From Candidatus Kerfeldbacteria bacterium (lineage in GTDB: Bacteria > Patescibacteriota > Patescibacteriia > SBBC01 > CAIJZX01), in NCBI GenBank assembly GCA_016193315.1, contig JACPSJ010000001.1:471478-535477 (forward strand): 64,000 bases of DNA. The letters run 5' to 3'. The notes under the pieces were generated by a model, which searched no databases, was not told where the DNA came from, and saw nothing but the letters and a program-made list of their open reading frames with translations. Of this stretch, positions 33,491 to 44,072 are shown piece by piece. The first letter of the stretch is position 1. Every line of letters starts with the position of its first letter. The translations under genes and the position numbers were made by a program.

Positions 33491-33940
33491 ATGATTGACC
33501 ACGGACTCGATTCTCATCAATCGGCGCCAGCCAGCGATACGAAATCTACACCGGCCGCGGCGACCCTGAAGTCGAAAAAGCCGAAGAAGAAATTCGTCAC
33601 CCACGGTCAGGCGCATATTCAAGCGACCTACAATAATACCATCGTCACGATTACCGATCAAAACGGTAACGTTTTAGCCTGGTCGTCGGCGGGGAAAGTT
33701 GGTTTCTCCGGACCGAAAAAAAGCACCCCCTATGCGGCCGCGATTATCGTCCGCGACCTGGTCGAACGTATCCGGCCAGTCGGCCTGAAGCAGATTGACG
33801 TCTTTGTCCGCGGCGTCGGTTTGGGTCGGGAGGCCGCTATCCGGGCGCTCGTCGCCCAGGGGCTGACCATCAACATCATCAAAGACTTGACGCCGATGCC
33901 GCATAATGGTCCGCGGCCGCCACGGGTTCGCCGCGTATAA
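33491..33940 (+). CDS. rpsK: 30S ribosomal protein S11
   Basis: [31 protein letters not shown]. Confidence 0.98.
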   Translation: MIDHGLDSHQSAPASDTKSTPAAATLKSKKPKKKFVTHGQAHIQATYNNTIVTITDQNGNVLAWSSAGKVGFSGPKKSTPYAAAIIVRDLVERIRPVGLKQIDVFVRGVGLGREAAIRALVAQGLTINIIKDLTPMPHNGPRPPRVRRV

Positions 33941-33944
33941 AGTC

Positions 33945-34562
33945 ATGGCTCGCTACACCGGTCCCAAACTGAAACTCTCCCGCCGCTTCGGTCAAGCCCT
34001 GTTTGGCACCGCCAAGGAAGCCAAAGTTCTCCAGCGTCGAAATTACCCACCTGGCCAGCACGGCCCGGCCGCCAGTGGACGGCAGTCCGAGTACGCGCTC
34101 CAACTGCGGGAAAAGCAAAAAGCCAAAATTATGTACGGGCTACTGGAGCGGCAATTCCGTAAGTACTTTTCCGAGGCCTACAAGTCGAGCGGCGACACCG
34201 GTGTACAGCTGTTGCAGCTTTTAGAACGTCGCCTTGATAATGTGGTCTATCGCCTCGGCTTGGCCTCGACCCGGGCTCAGGCTCGACAGCTCGTTAACCA
34301 TGGGCATGTGGTAGTGAATGGCCGGCGAGTTGACGTCCCATCGTATCGAGTCAAAGTCAATGACGTCATTGGCGTTAAACCCCAGAGTTCAACTCTCACC
34401 CATTTTACGACGCTTGCTAAATCGCTTGAAAACTACCAGCCACTGACCTGGCTCGAACTGAACAAAACAGCACTCTCGGGTCGAGTCACTGGCTTACCAG
34501 AAGGCAGTCAATTGGAACAGACTATCAGCCCACAATTGATCGTCGAGTTTTATTCGCGTTAA
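33945..34562 (+). CDS. rpsD: 30S ribosomal protein S4
   Basis: [37 protein letters not shown]. Confidence 0.98.
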   Translation: MARYTGPKLKLSRRFGQALFGTAKEAKVLQRRNYPPGQHGPAASGRQSEYALQLREKQKAKIMYGLLERQFRKYFSEAYKSSGDTGVQLLQLLERRLDNVVYRLGLASTRAQARQLVNHGHVVVNGRRVDVPSYRVKVNDVIGVKPQSSTLTHFTTLAKSLENYQPLTWLELNKTALSGRVTGLPEGSQLEQTISPQLIVEFYSR

Positions 34563-34573
34563 CCGCCGCGTCT

Positions 34574-35395
34574 ATGGAATCGATTCCTTTACCGCGCAAC
34601 ATCGTGCAGAAAACCATGGGTCCGCATCGTAGCGCCTTTACGATTGAGCCGCTGTACCCCGGCTACGGCACGACGTTGGGAAATACGTTGCGCCGCGTAT
34701 TGCTATCATCGCTACCAGGCGCCGCCATTACCGCCGTTAAAATCGAGGGGATCAACCACGAATTCTCGGCCATTCCAAAAGTCAAGGAAGATGTGGTCGA
34801 TATCCTCCTCAATGTGAAACAGATACGGCTGAAAGTTCACCGCGACGAGCCGCTGACCGTCCACCTGAAAGCAAAAGGCAACAAACCAGTGACCGCCGGA
34901 GATCTGGAAAAGAATGCGGATTTGGAAGTCGTCAATCCAAAGCAGCCGATTGCCACCCTGACCGACAAAACAGCCAGCTTCGAGATGGAATTGACTGTGG
35001 CCCGGGGCCGGGGATATGTGCCGGTCGAGAACCGCGAGAAAGATCGACTGCCGATCGGCACCATCGCCATCGATGCCATTTATACGCCGGTCAAGAATGT
35101 CAATTTTACCACCGAGCATGTGCGGGTTGAACAGATGACAAATTTTGACAAGCTTATTCTTGATATCACCACCGACGGTAGCCTGACACCGGATGAAGCC
35201 TTACGGCAGGCCGCCTCGATCATGGTTGAACACTTCCAATTTGTCCTGACCGGTCCCACCGAGACAGCGGCGATGCCCACCATTCCCGATCCGACCAGCG
35301 AGCCCGAGCCGGATGCGACGGCGACTGAGAAACAGAAGAAGAAACCGAGCCGTCGAAAAAAAGATGATCAGTCGGCAGCCACCGAGGAGACCTAG
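34574..35395 (+). CDS. rpoA: RNA polymerase alpha subunit lacking alpha-CTD
   Basis: EPLYPGYGTTLGNTLRRVLLSS, HEFS.I..VKED, GRGYV, IDAIYTPV; ends in disordered charged tail. Confidence 0.97.
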   Translation: MESIPLPRNIVQKTMGPHRSAFTIEPLYPGYGTTLGNTLRRVLLSSLPGAAITAVKIEGINHEFSAIPKVKEDVVDILLNVKQIRLKVHRDEPLTVHLKAKGNKPVTAGDLEKNADLEVVNPKQPIATLTDKTASFEMELTVARGRGYVPVENREKDRLPIGTIAIDAIYTPVKNVNFTTEHVRVEQMTNFDKLILDITTDGSLTPDEALRQAASIMVEHFQFVLTGPTETAAMPTIPDPTSEPEPDATATEKQKKKPSRRKKDDQSAATEET

Positions 35396-35397
35396 GC

Positions 35398-35751
35398 GTG
35401 CGACACCGGAAGGCCAAGCGGACGCTTGATCGCACGAGCGCGCAGCGCCAACGCCTGTTGCGTAACTTGGCCGTGGCCCTAATCATCAATGGCCGGATCA
35501 CCACCACGCCGGCGCGGGCGAAGTTAGTTCGCCGTTTTGTCGAACGACTTATTTCAACTGGCAAACAACCCACGCTAGTTCACCGCCGTCAACTGCTGCA
35601 AGCCTTGCCACACCGTCCGGCCGTGCAGGTTATTCTCCAGCGTCTGGCTCCCCAGTTTCAGCGCCGTGCTGGTGGCTACACCCGGCGGTCGAATCTTGGG
35701 CGTCGGGCCGGCGACGGAGCCGAACAGGTGAAACTTGAATTTATTGAGTAA
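35398..35751 (+). CDS. rplQ: 50S ribosomal protein L17
   Basis: MRHRK...L.R, ITTT..RAK, R.GGYTR, R.GD.A. Confidence 0.96.
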   Translation: MRHRKAKRTLDRTSAQRQRLLRNLAVALIINGRITTTPARAKLVRRFVERLISTGKQPTLVHRRQLLQALPHRPAVQVILQRLAPQFQRRAGGYTRRSNLGRRAGDGAEQVKLEFIE

Positions 35752-35755
35752 GCCG

Positions 35756-36109
35756 ATGACCACGATCGAAATGAATGCCGCCGGACAAGCCTTGGGTCGT
35801 CTGGCTACCGCCATTGCTGGCGCGCTCCAGGGTAAGAGGAATCCAGCCTACCGCCCAGACCGTCCAGGCGGAGTGTCAGTAGTGGTCCGAAACATTAACC
35901 AAGTACGTCTTACTGGGCGGAAACGAACTCAAAAAATGTATCGACGTTTTAGTGGCTATCCTGGCGGCCTAAAATGTCAGACCGCCGGCCAACTGCTGAG
36001 CCATCATCCTGACCAGGTTCTTCGGTTAGCAGTCAAACGAATGCTACCGAACAACCGCCACCGTGAGCAACTATTACAACGATTAGTGATCGAGCGGCGC
36101 CCGACATGA
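35756..36109 (+). CDS. rplM: 50S ribosomal protein L13 (short)
   Basis: A.GQALGRLA..IA..L.GK..P.Y.P, SGYPGGLK, AVKRMLP.N. Confidence 0.95.
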   Translation: MTTIEMNAAGQALGRLATAIAGALQGKRNPAYRPDRPGGVSVVVRNINQVRLTGRKRTQKMYRRFSGYPGGLKCQTAGQLLSHHPDQVLRLAVKRMLPNNRHREQLLQRLVIERRPT

Positions 36110-36615
36110 CCAAGAAACCGATCGTCAAAACAACCCCCCGACGACTCCGGTCCACGGCGAGGGAACGAAAAATTACTTCTCCGCCGGCTAGCCGTCAGGA
36201 GCTCAAGGTTTCTCCTTCGACACCACCGCCTTACTTGTTTGCGGTGGGCCGGCGAAAAGAAGCGGTGGCCCGTATTCGTTGGTATCATCAGGGTCCGACT
36301 GATTTCGTCATTAATGGTCGACCAATGGCGGAGTACTTTCCGGTGGCGGCCGACCAGCAACTCATCACTGCGCCCCTCCGCACCTGCCAACGCTCCCTGG
36401 CCGAGCGAGTACAGATCAAAGTTTCGGGGGGCGGGACGCAGGGTCAAGCCGAAGCAATTCGCCTTGGTCTCGCCCGCGTTTTAGTCAAAGTCGATCCTGA
36501 CTACCGTCTGGCGCTGAAACGAGCCGGTTTTCTTCGACGCGACCCACGGGTTAAGGAACGTAAAAAGTACGGCTTGAAACGGGCCCGTCGGGCTCCACAA
36601 TGGCAGAAGCGTTAG
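36106..36615 (+). CDS. rpsI: 30S ribosomal protein S9
   Basis: GRRKEAVAR, V.GGG..GQAEAIRLG, RDPRVKERKKYGLKRARRAPQWQKR. Confidence 0.98.
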   Translation: MTKKPIVKTTPRRLRSTARERKITSPPASRQELKVSPSTPPPYLFAVGRRKEAVARIRWYHQGPTDFVINGRPMAEYFPVAADQQLITAPLRTCQRSLAERVQIKVSGGGTQGQAEAIRLGLARVLVKVDPDYRLALKRAGFLRRDPRVKERKKYGLKRARRAPQWQKR

Positions 36616-36635
36616 ACGCCTGGTAAACTGCGGCT

Positions 36636-38111
36636 ATGATCCCACGCCCCAGTTCGGCTAACGGCGGTAGCATTGCCAAGAATACTACCTACCTGACGGG
36701 GGCACTGATCGGACAGAAAATCCTGTCTTTTTTGTATGTCCTTATTCTGGCCCGGCTGGTTGGAGTACGAGTCACTGGAGATTACTTCAGCGCGCTGTCG
36801 TTTATTACCTTGTTCTCCATTTTTATCGACCTTGGCCTGACCCCGGCCTTTATCCGCCAGACGGCCCGCGACCGGCAGCAGGGTTTAACGGATCTCCACC
36901 ACATAGTCACATTCAAGCTTCTTTCGTCGGCGGTGGTGATTGCGGCTTTATTCGGATCGATTGCCTTGCTCGACTCAATGGGCCGTTCTCACCCCGACTC
37001 GCTATTCATCCGCTGGGCGGCGGTGATCATGGTTCTCGACTCGATGACCCTGACACTGTATGGATACTTCCGGGGTATCCAGCGACTGGAGTTTGAATCG
37101 ATTGGGACGATTCTCCACCGCGTGGTGGTGATGATCATCGGCATCACCGGCCTGGTACTAGGCGCACATCCGGTGATTACGGTCATGGCCGTCCTCGGCG
37201 GGAGTGCCTCGAACTTTTTGTACGTCGTCTTCCACCTCTGGCGGCAGGGCGTTGTCTGGCGACCACGGTTGCAGTGGCGGGTGCTCCGCTCGCTGCTGCG
37301 CTTGGCCTTACCTTTTGGCGTGGCTGGCCTTTTTACCGCCGTCTACGCCAGCAGTGACAACGTCCTGCTAAGCATTTTTGGCGGCAACCGCGAGGTTGGC
37401 TTGTACGGTTTGGCGGCCAAGATAATTTTAGCCTTTCAGATTTTGCCCGCCGCCCTCGTGGCGGCCACGTTTCCCGCCATGAGCGCCGCCTTTATCACCG
37501 ACCGGGCGCGGCTGGAGCGTATTTTTCGCTATTCCATGCAGTACCTGATGGTTATTACCGTCCCGCTGATGGTGATCGTCAGCCTGCTAGCCAAGCAAAT
37601 CATTATCCTCGGCTGGGGGGCTTTCTGGCTCGATGCGGTCTGGCCACTCCGGTTCCTGGCTTTGGCCTTGCCATTCCTGTTTCTCAACTATCCGGTCGGC
37701 TACTTGCTCAACGCCGCCAACGCCCAAACCCGCAATACCATCAATATCGGCATTACGGTGGTGGTCAATGTGGCGCTGAACTTGGTTTTTATTGAACAGT
37801 ATACTTACCGTTCGGTCACCATCATCGCCCTGGGGTCAGCCGCCCTGCTGTTCTCCTTGGGCCTCTGGTATGTACGACGAATCATCACTGTTCCGGCTCA
37901 GGCGTTGTTGACTACGTTGGGCAAAACTCTACTGGCCGGTTTGATTGTCGCCCTGTTTGGCTGGTGGCTTATTCCACAGTTGGACGGACGAACCGGCGCT
38001 ATCACCGCGGCCATCCTGATGGGACTGCTATACCTGGTCCTCGCTTTTGTGCTGCGGTTGATGCGGACAAGTGATGCCCAAGCGCTCCTCCAGCGGCTGC
38101 GCCGTACATGA
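36636..38111 (+). CDS. Wzx-type polysaccharide flippase
   Basis: About 12-14 TM helices; IAKNT, DLGL, VGLY..A, FPAMS. Confidence 0.88.
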   Translation: MIPRPSSANGGSIAKNTTYLTGALIGQKILSFLYVLILARLVGVRVTGDYFSALSFITLFSIFIDLGLTPAFIRQTARDRQQGLTDLHHIVTFKLLSSAVVIAALFGSIALLDSMGRSHPDSLFIRWAAVIMVLDSMTLTLYGYFRGIQRLEFESIGTILHRVVVMIIGITGLVLGAHPVITVMAVLGGSASNFLYVVFHLWRQGVVWRPRLQWRVLRSLLRLALPFGVAGLFTAVYASSDNVLLSIFGGNREVGLYGLAAKIILAFQILPAALVAATFPAMSAAFITDRARLERIFRYSMQYLMVITVPLMVIVSLLAKQIIILGWGAFWLDAVWPLRFLALALPFLFLNYPVGYLLNAANAQTRNTINIGITVVVNVALNLVFIEQYTYRSVTIIALGSAALLFSLGLWYVRRIITVPAQALLTTLGKTLLAGLIVALFGWWLIPQLDGRTGAITAAILMGLLYLVLAFVLRLMRTSDAQALLQRLRRT

Positions 38112-39916
38112 GCCGCTTTATCCTCATCACCGAATTTTTCCCGCCCGAGATCGGGGGCATCCAGACCAGTCTAGAACTAATAGCTCCGGTCTTTGGCTCC
38201 GAGCTGACGGTCATCGCCCCGCCGCAGCGCGGGGATGATGACTTCGACCGCCGGCAGCCCTACCAAACCATTCGGCGGTCGTTGTTCAGTGGACCGGGCT
38301 GGCCATCGTGGCAGTGGCTTGTCCCGTGGCTGTGGTCTCGTCGCCGGCAAGCCGAGCTGGTTCTTTTCGGCCACTTCAGCGGCGCCGTGTTGGCCGGGTG
38401 GCTCAGTCGTTGGTTTGGCCTACGCTACGCGATTTTGGTCTACGGGCGAGACCTGCTAACTGAACAGCGCCGCTGGCCGCTGCGTTGGTTCATGGGCACA
38501 GTACTCCGTTCGGCCACCTGGATCGGGGTGATTAGTGATTTTACTGCTGGTCTAGTACGACAGTACCGCGTGCCAGAGAACAAACTTGTTTTAACTCATC
38601 CCGCCGTGCCTGAAGAACTTACCGTGAAAGTACCGTCCACCAGGAATGATCCTCAGTTGGTGACCGTCTGCCGTCTCGTGACCCGCAAAAATGTGGCGAC
38701 CGTCATACGCGCGGTAGCTAAGCTACGTTCGGAAATCCCGGCTCTAGAGTACCACATCATCGGCGACGGTCCGGAGCGGGGAGCGCTCGAACGCTTGAGG
38801 CAAGAGATGAAACTTTCTAGCCAGGTAACGTTTCATGGCTGGGTCAGCGAGCCAGAAAAGATTCGCCTTCTGCAGGCCAGCACCATCGGGGTATTGGTGC
38901 CACGAGTGTTGGAGGCGGGGAGTGATGTTGAGGGCCTAGGCATTTTTTACCTGGAAGCAGCCGCCTGCGGTCTGCCGTTGGTGGCCAGTGCGACCGGGGG
39001 AGTAACCGACATCGCTGATGATGAAAAAACGGCTTTGGTTACTGATCCAGAAGATATCGATAGCCTAGTGAAATCTATCCGCCGGCTGATCATTGACCCC
39101 GCCCTCAGCGCCCGACTTGGACAGGCTGGGCAGGAGCTCGTCCGGCGGGAGTTTACTGTCCCGGTCAGGAACCGGCGAGTAGAAGCGCTCGTCCAAGGAT
39201 GGCACATGTCCAATCCACCGCTGGTATCGATCATTATACCCGCCTTCCAGGCGGCGAAGACGATCGGTCGGACCATCACCTCCGTATTGAAGCAAACCTG
39301 GCCCCACTGGGAGCTCATCGTCGTTGATGACGGATCGACTGATCAACTGACCCAGGCGCTTGCACCACACCGTTCACAGATACAGTTCATTCATCAAACA
39401 AATCAGGGGGCTCCGCTCGCCCGGAATAGGGGCGCGGCCGCGGCCCAGGGTCAATTCTTGCTTTTTCTTGACGCCGATACGTGGCTTCATCCGCAGGCCC
39501 TGACCGCCATGATCGTCGCCCTGCTGACTCATCCGTCGGTCAGCTATGCCTATAGCAATTTTCGATTCGGGCCGAAAATGTTTCGTCTCTTCGACTTTAA
39601 CCGAGCGCGCCTACGCCAGATGAACTATATTCACACTACCTCGCTGATTCGGCGAGCAGATTTTCCTGGTTTCGACCCGGCCCTACGTCGGTTTCAAGAC
39701 TGGGATGTGTGGCTAACCCTGCTGCGAAGTGGTCAGCATGGAATCTGGGTACCGACCGAACTCTTCCGCGTTCAACAACAGCGTGGTGGGATGAGTACCT
39801 GGCTGCCATCATTCGTCTATCGTCTGCCGTGGATCGGACGAGGTCGAGGCAGCGATACTATCCGACGCTACCGTCAGGCTGAGTTAATGATCCGCCGAAA
39901 ACACCACCTCGACTGA
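38108..39916 (+). CDS. Fused GT4 + GT2 glycosyltransferase
   Basis: FPPEIGGI, EGLGIFYLEAAACG.P (GT4); VSIIIPAF, VDDGSTD, ARNRG, FLDAD (GT2). Confidence 0.92.
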   Translation: MSRFILITEFFPPEIGGIQTSLELIAPVFGSELTVIAPPQRGDDDFDRRQPYQTIRRSLFSGPGWPSWQWLVPWLWSRRRQAELVLFGHFSGAVLAGWLSRWFGLRYAILVYGRDLLTEQRRWPLRWFMGTVLRSATWIGVISDFTAGLVRQYRVPENKLVLTHPAVPEELTVKVPSTRNDPQLVTVCRLVTRKNVATVIRAVAKLRSEIPALEYHIIGDGPERGALERLRQEMKLSSQVTFHGWVSEPEKIRLLQASTIGVLVPRVLEAGSDVEGLGIFYLEAAACGLPLVASATGGVTDIADDEKTALVTDPEDIDSLVKSIRRLIIDPALSARLGQAGQELVRREFTVPVRNRRVEALVQGWHMSNPPLVSIIIPAFQAAKTIGRTITSVLKQTWPHWELIVVDDGSTDQLTQALAPHRSQIQFIHQTNQGAPLARNRGAAAAQGQFLLFLDADTWLHPQALTAMIVALLTHPSVSYAYSNFRFGPKMFRLFDFNRARLRQMNYIHTTSLIRRADFPGFDPALRRFQDWDVWLTLLRSGQHGIWVPTELFRVQQQRGGMSTWLPSFVYRLPWIGRGRGSDTIRRYRQAELMIRRKHHLD

Positions 39917-39952
39917 TTGTCGGGCCAGCGGCTTTTTGCTAGACTGGTGGCT

Positions 39953-40825
39953 ATGCCCGATCCTGTGGTGACGATGGTTGTTGTCAGTTGGAATGTCCGT
40001 CGCTCGCTCCGTCAGTGCTTACGGGCCGCCGAAGCCAGCCGGGGCATCCGCTGGCAGATTATTGTCGTTGACAACGCCTCAACCGATGGTTCGGTCGACT
40101 TAGTCAGACGTCAATTTCCCCGGGTCGTCCTGATAGCAAACGATATCAATCGTGGATTTGCGGCCGCTGTCAATCAGGCCCTCCGGCGCTCGCGAGGGGA
40201 CGTATTATTACTCAACCCCGACCTAGTCCTGCAGCCGAGAACGGTAGCCTCGATGGCCGCATGGTTTTTACGCCGCCCAAGAGTGGGGATTATCGGTCCC
40301 CAACTCATCTATCCTGATGGCCGTTTGCAGCCATCGGTCAAGCGCTTCCCACGATGGATCGATCTGTTCCTGCTGCTGAGCAAAGTTCCGAATATTGTCC
40401 CGCGTTTATCCGCTCGCTACCAAGCCACTGACTTCGACTACCAGCGAATTCAAGTGGTCGACCAGGTTATGGGGTCCTGCTTTCTTATCCGCCGTCAGAC
40501 CCTCGATCAGGTCGGTTTATTCGATGAGCAGTTTTGGATTTGGTACGAGGAAGTTGATTTCTGCCGACGAGCGAAGGCATTGGGGTGGGAGACGCTCTAC
40601 GTCGCCGACGCGGTCGCCACCCACGAACGCGGGCAAAGTTTTCGCCAGGTCAGTGTCCGGCGAAAACAACTACTCCTGCGACAGAGTATCGGCCACTATA
40701 CCCGAAAACATCTCGGCCAGCTACAGTTCTTTGGCTTATGGCCAGCATTCGCCATCAGCTGGCTGTCGGCATTGGTGATCGATTTCTTTCGGTGGGGCAA
40801 GCCAATGGTAGCGAGCGACTTTTGA
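39953..40825 (+). CDS. GT2 glycosyltransferase (WbbL-like)
   Basis: VDNASTDGS, N.GFAAA.N, LLNPD, FDE.F..YEEVDFC.R. Confidence 0.92.
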   Translation: MPDPVVTMVVVSWNVRRSLRQCLRAAEASRGIRWQIIVVDNASTDGSVDLVRRQFPRVVLIANDINRGFAAAVNQALRRSRGDVLLLNPDLVLQPRTVASMAAWFLRRPRVGIIGPQLIYPDGRLQPSVKRFPRWIDLFLLLSKVPNIVPRLSARYQATDFDYQRIQVVDQVMGSCFLIRRQTLDQVGLFDEQFWIWYEEVDFCRRAKALGWETLYVADAVATHERGQSFRQVSVRRKQLLLRQSIGHYTRKHLGQLQFFGLWPAFAISWLSALVIDFFRWGKPMVASDF

Positions 40826-42238
40826 ATGGACGATCGAGCGAAGATACTCTACCGGTGGACGATGGTAGCAGTCGGGGCGGCGGAATTGCTATCCTGGTTG
40901 GCCTTCCGTTTGGGATTGATGGTACCGATTACCAGTTTGGTTATCGCCTTCGTCTGGTGGTTAGCCTGGCGATGGCCGAAGTGGTTGTCCCTGGTCAGCC
41001 TGGTGGAGCTGGTGATTGGGGGCAAGGGGTACTTGTTCTGGCTCGATCTCTCCGGCTCAGTTAGTCTTCACATCCCAATTCGGATGATTGTGTTTTCGGT
41101 CTTGCTCGTGGCCACGGCCGTGTCGTGGTACCGTGAGAAGAGGTGGCCATGGCCGACCAGAGCGTTCATGCCGGCCGCGGTCCTGCTGCTGTGGGTCATC
41201 ATCATGACTGGCTGGGGACTGGCTGTCGGCCATGGCCTGTCGACCACCTATCAGGATGCCAACGCGTGGGGGTACCTGTTGATTCTGCCGTGCTGGTGGT
41301 TTTGGTGGCGGAAACAACCAGGCTGGCAATCGCTCATCCTGACCGTGCTGCTGGCTGGCGTGACCACGGTGGCGATCAAAACGTGGGTTGTCCAGGTACT
41401 GTTTAATCACCTCTCGGCGCCAACACTCGAAACGTTCTACCGCTGGATCCGACAAACTGGCATCGGCGAAATCACGCACCTCAGCGGGCCGCTCTACCGA
41501 GTCTTCTTCCAAAGCCATCTTTACCTCTTGCTCGGCTTGCTCCTGACGGTCAGCGGCTGGCTGTTTGGCCGAGCCCCGCGGTGGTGGCTGTGGCCGATGA
41601 TTGCTAGCGGGGTTGGCCTTTACCTGAGCCTATCCCGCAGCCTGTGGTTGGGAGTAGCCGGCGGGGGAGTCGTCCTCCTCTACCAGTTTTTGCAAGCCCG
41701 TCGCAGTCTGTCTGCCTGGCGGGTGATATGGCTCCTGCCGCTAGCCATCGCCATCTGGCTACTGTCGTCGTGGGCGGTTAACTTCCCGTACGTGCTCAGC
41801 CCGGTCGGCGCCCCCCGCCCGTCAAGCGCAGTCATTGCCCGTCTATACTCTCCCGGTTCACAACAGGCAGCCAGTGCCCGGGCCAATCAATTTCGGCCGC
41901 TGATCCAAGCCATCAGGCAACAACCGCTGACCGGACATGGTTTCGGCACGACCGTCCGTTACTACAGTACCGACCCACGGGTGAAGGGCTGGCGGACGAC
42001 GTTTGCCTTTGAACTCGGTTATCTCGATCTATGGTTAAAATTTGGTATCATCGGGCTCGGATTGCTGAGCTGGTGGGTGTGGTCGATCAGGCAAAACCTC
42101 CGGCGCACCAAATGGTATCCGTGGCTGTGGGGCGGGGTAATTGCGATTCTCGTGACCCACCTGACTACTCCCTATCTTAATCATCCACTCGGGCTGGGCT
42201 GGCTAGCCTTGGTCACTGTTTATGCGTCCGATCAGTGA
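40826..42238 (+). CDS. O-antigen ligase/polymerase-like membrane protein
   Basis: Multi-TM; SLSRS.W, R......I...PL.GHGFG, YLD...K.GIIG. Confidence 0.8.
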   Translation: MDDRAKILYRWTMVAVGAAELLSWLAFRLGLMVPITSLVIAFVWWLAWRWPKWLSLVSLVELVIGGKGYLFWLDLSGSVSLHIPIRMIVFSVLLVATAVSWYREKRWPWPTRAFMPAAVLLLWVIIMTGWGLAVGHGLSTTYQDANAWGYLLILPCWWFWWRKQPGWQSLILTVLLAGVTTVAIKTWVVQVLFNHLSAPTLETFYRWIRQTGIGEITHLSGPLYRVFFQSHLYLLLGLLLTVSGWLFGRAPRWWLWPMIASGVGLYLSLSRSLWLGVAGGGVVLLYQFLQARRSLSAWRVIWLLPLAIAIWLLSSWAVNFPYVLSPVGAPRPSSAVIARLYSPGSQQAASARANQFRPLIQAIRQQPLTGHGFGTTVRYYSTDPRVKGWRTTFAFELGYLDLWLKFGIIGLGLLSWWVWSIRQNLRRTKWYPWLWGGVIAILVTHLTTPYLNHPLGLGWLALVTVYASDQ

Positions 42239-43256
42239 GGTACCACTGGTAACCGTCCAGATCGTCACCTGGAACAGCTTAACGCACTTACCAAGCTGCC
42301 TGGCGGCGATCATGCAACAGCGCGGACCAGCCCGCCAACTGATGATCGTCGATAACGCCTCGGTCGACAACACCGTACACTGGCTCGAGGAACATTTCCC
42401 TCACCTTAATTTGCTGCGCAATACGCGGAACCTCGGCTTCTGTCGTGCTCACAATCAGGCCCTGCGGCTGTCCAAGAGCCCGTATGTTCTGATTCTCAAC
42501 CCGGATGTCATTCTTCAGCCGGACTGGCTCGAGCGAGGGATCAACTACCTCGAGGGTCACCCTCCGGCCGGCAGCTTCGGTGGTAAACTACTGCGCTATC
42601 ACTATTCCGCCGATGAGTTGAAAGAAGTCGTACCGTCTGGTATAATCGACAGCACCGGTTTACATTGTTTCCGTAACCGGCAGGTCAGCGATCGGGGTAG
42701 CGGCCAGGCCGACCGTGGCCAATATGATCAAGCGGGCGAAGTGTTTGGTATCTCTGGTGCTTGTTTGCTCTTGCGTCGGTCAGCGCTGGAATCAATTCGT
42801 TGGCACGATGAATACCTGGACGAAGACTTCTTCGCCTATAAGGATGATGTTGACCTAGCTTGGCGCCTCCAGCGGTTGGGGTGGTCGAGTTGGTACGACC
42901 CGCAGGCGGTGGCTTATCACTACCGCACAGTTCGAGGACTGGATACAATACGGAACGTAGCACTGAGTAAAAACTACCGCTCGCGCCACCAGATGATTAG
43001 CTTTTACTCATATCGAAATCATTGGTTGTTACTGGCCAAGCATGAGCGTCGATCAACGTGGTGGCTCGACGGGCCATGGATTAGTTGGTATGAATTGCGC
43101 AAGTTCGCCTTTCTTCTCCTCACGCAGCCTCGTACCCTACAGGCGATCGGTAGCGTCATCCGGTTGTGGCCGCGTATACGGCGGAAAGCCCGACTACTGG
43201 AGCACCACGCTCGCCGGTCGCCACTGGCCATACGATCTTGGTTTGTGATGTCCTAA
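42222..43256 (+). CDS. GT2 glycosyltransferase
   Basis: VDNAS.D, NLGF..AHN, LNPD, DEDFFAYKDDVDL.WR. Confidence 0.92.
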   Translation: MRPISEVPLVTVQIVTWNSLTHLPSCLAAIMQQRGPARQLMIVDNASVDNTVHWLEEHFPHLNLLRNTRNLGFCRAHNQALRLSKSPYVLILNPDVILQPDWLERGINYLEGHPPAGSFGGKLLRYHYSADELKEVVPSGIIDSTGLHCFRNRQVSDRGSGQADRGQYDQAGEVFGISGACLLLRRSALESIRWHDEYLDEDFFAYKDDVDLAWRLQRLGWSSWYDPQAVAYHYRTVRGLDTIRNVALSKNYRSRHQMISFYSYRNHWLLLAKHERRSTWWLDGPWISWYELRKFAFLLLTQPRTLQAIGSVIRLWPRIRRKARLLEHHARRSPLAIRSWFVMS

Positions 43257-43262
43257 ACCGGC

Positions 43263-44072
43263 ATGGATCTCTCCATTCTCGTCCTCAATTACAAGACGAA
43301 AGGCCTCCTGAAGCAGTGCTTACGTGGTATTCTCGACAGCCAGTTGCTGCTAGCATATGAGGTGATCGTGGTTGATAATGACTCGCGCGACGGCAGTGTC
43401 GGCATGGTTCGACAGCAGTTCCCAGCGGTCCAGGTCATTGCCTCGCCGAAAAACGTAGGCTTTGCCGCCGGCATGAACATCGGCTTAGCTCGGGCGACCG
43501 GTCGGGTGGTCCTGCTTCTCAATCCTGATGTCGCCATCTTCCACCAAGCCGTCGCCACGCTCATCGACTATCTTGATACGCATCCTCAGGTCGGTCTGGC
43601 GGCGCCAAAACTCATTAATCCCGACGGTACCACCCAGCTTTCCTGTTATCGTTTCCCCAACATTTGGACACCGCTGTTACGGCGGACGCCACTCGGACGT
43701 TTCCCCGCCGGTCGACGAACGCTCCGGCGTTACCTGATGAGTGACTGGGATCATCAGGACAACCGTGCGGTCGGTTGGGTGCTCGGGGCCTGTATGCTGA
43801 TTCGTCGTACGTCGCTTGAGCGCATCGGACCGTTCGATGAACGTTTTTTCCTGTATTTTGAGGATGTCGATCTCTGTCGTCGCATGTGGCAAGCCGGATG
43901 GGAGGTCCACTACGCCGCCAGCGCCGAAATGGTTCATTATCACCAACGTCTGTCGGCCGAATACCCAGGCCTCCAGGGGCTGTTCTCCTACCCCACGAGA
44001 ATTCACATCCAGAGCGGCCTGAAGTACTTCAGCAAGTACCTCGGGTCGCCACCCCCGCCGCACCAGGTATGA
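43263..44072 (+). CDS. GT2 glycosyltransferase (WbbL-like)
   Basis: VVDNDS.DGS, NVGFAAG.N, LLNPD, FDERFFLYFEDVDLC.R. Confidence 0.93.
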   Translation: MDLSILVLNYKTKGLLKQCLRGILDSQLLLAYEVIVVDNDSRDGSVGMVRQQFPAVQVIASPKNVGFAAGMNIGLARATGRVVLLLNPDVAIFHQAVATLIDYLDTHPQVGLAAPKLINPDGTTQLSCYRFPNIWTPLLRRTPLGRFPAGRRTLRRYLMSDWDHQDNRAVGWVLGACMLIRRTSLERIGPFDERFFLYFEDVDLCRRMWQAGWEVHYAASAEMVHYHQRLSAEYPGLQGLFSYPTRIHIQSGLKYFSKYLGSPPPPHQV

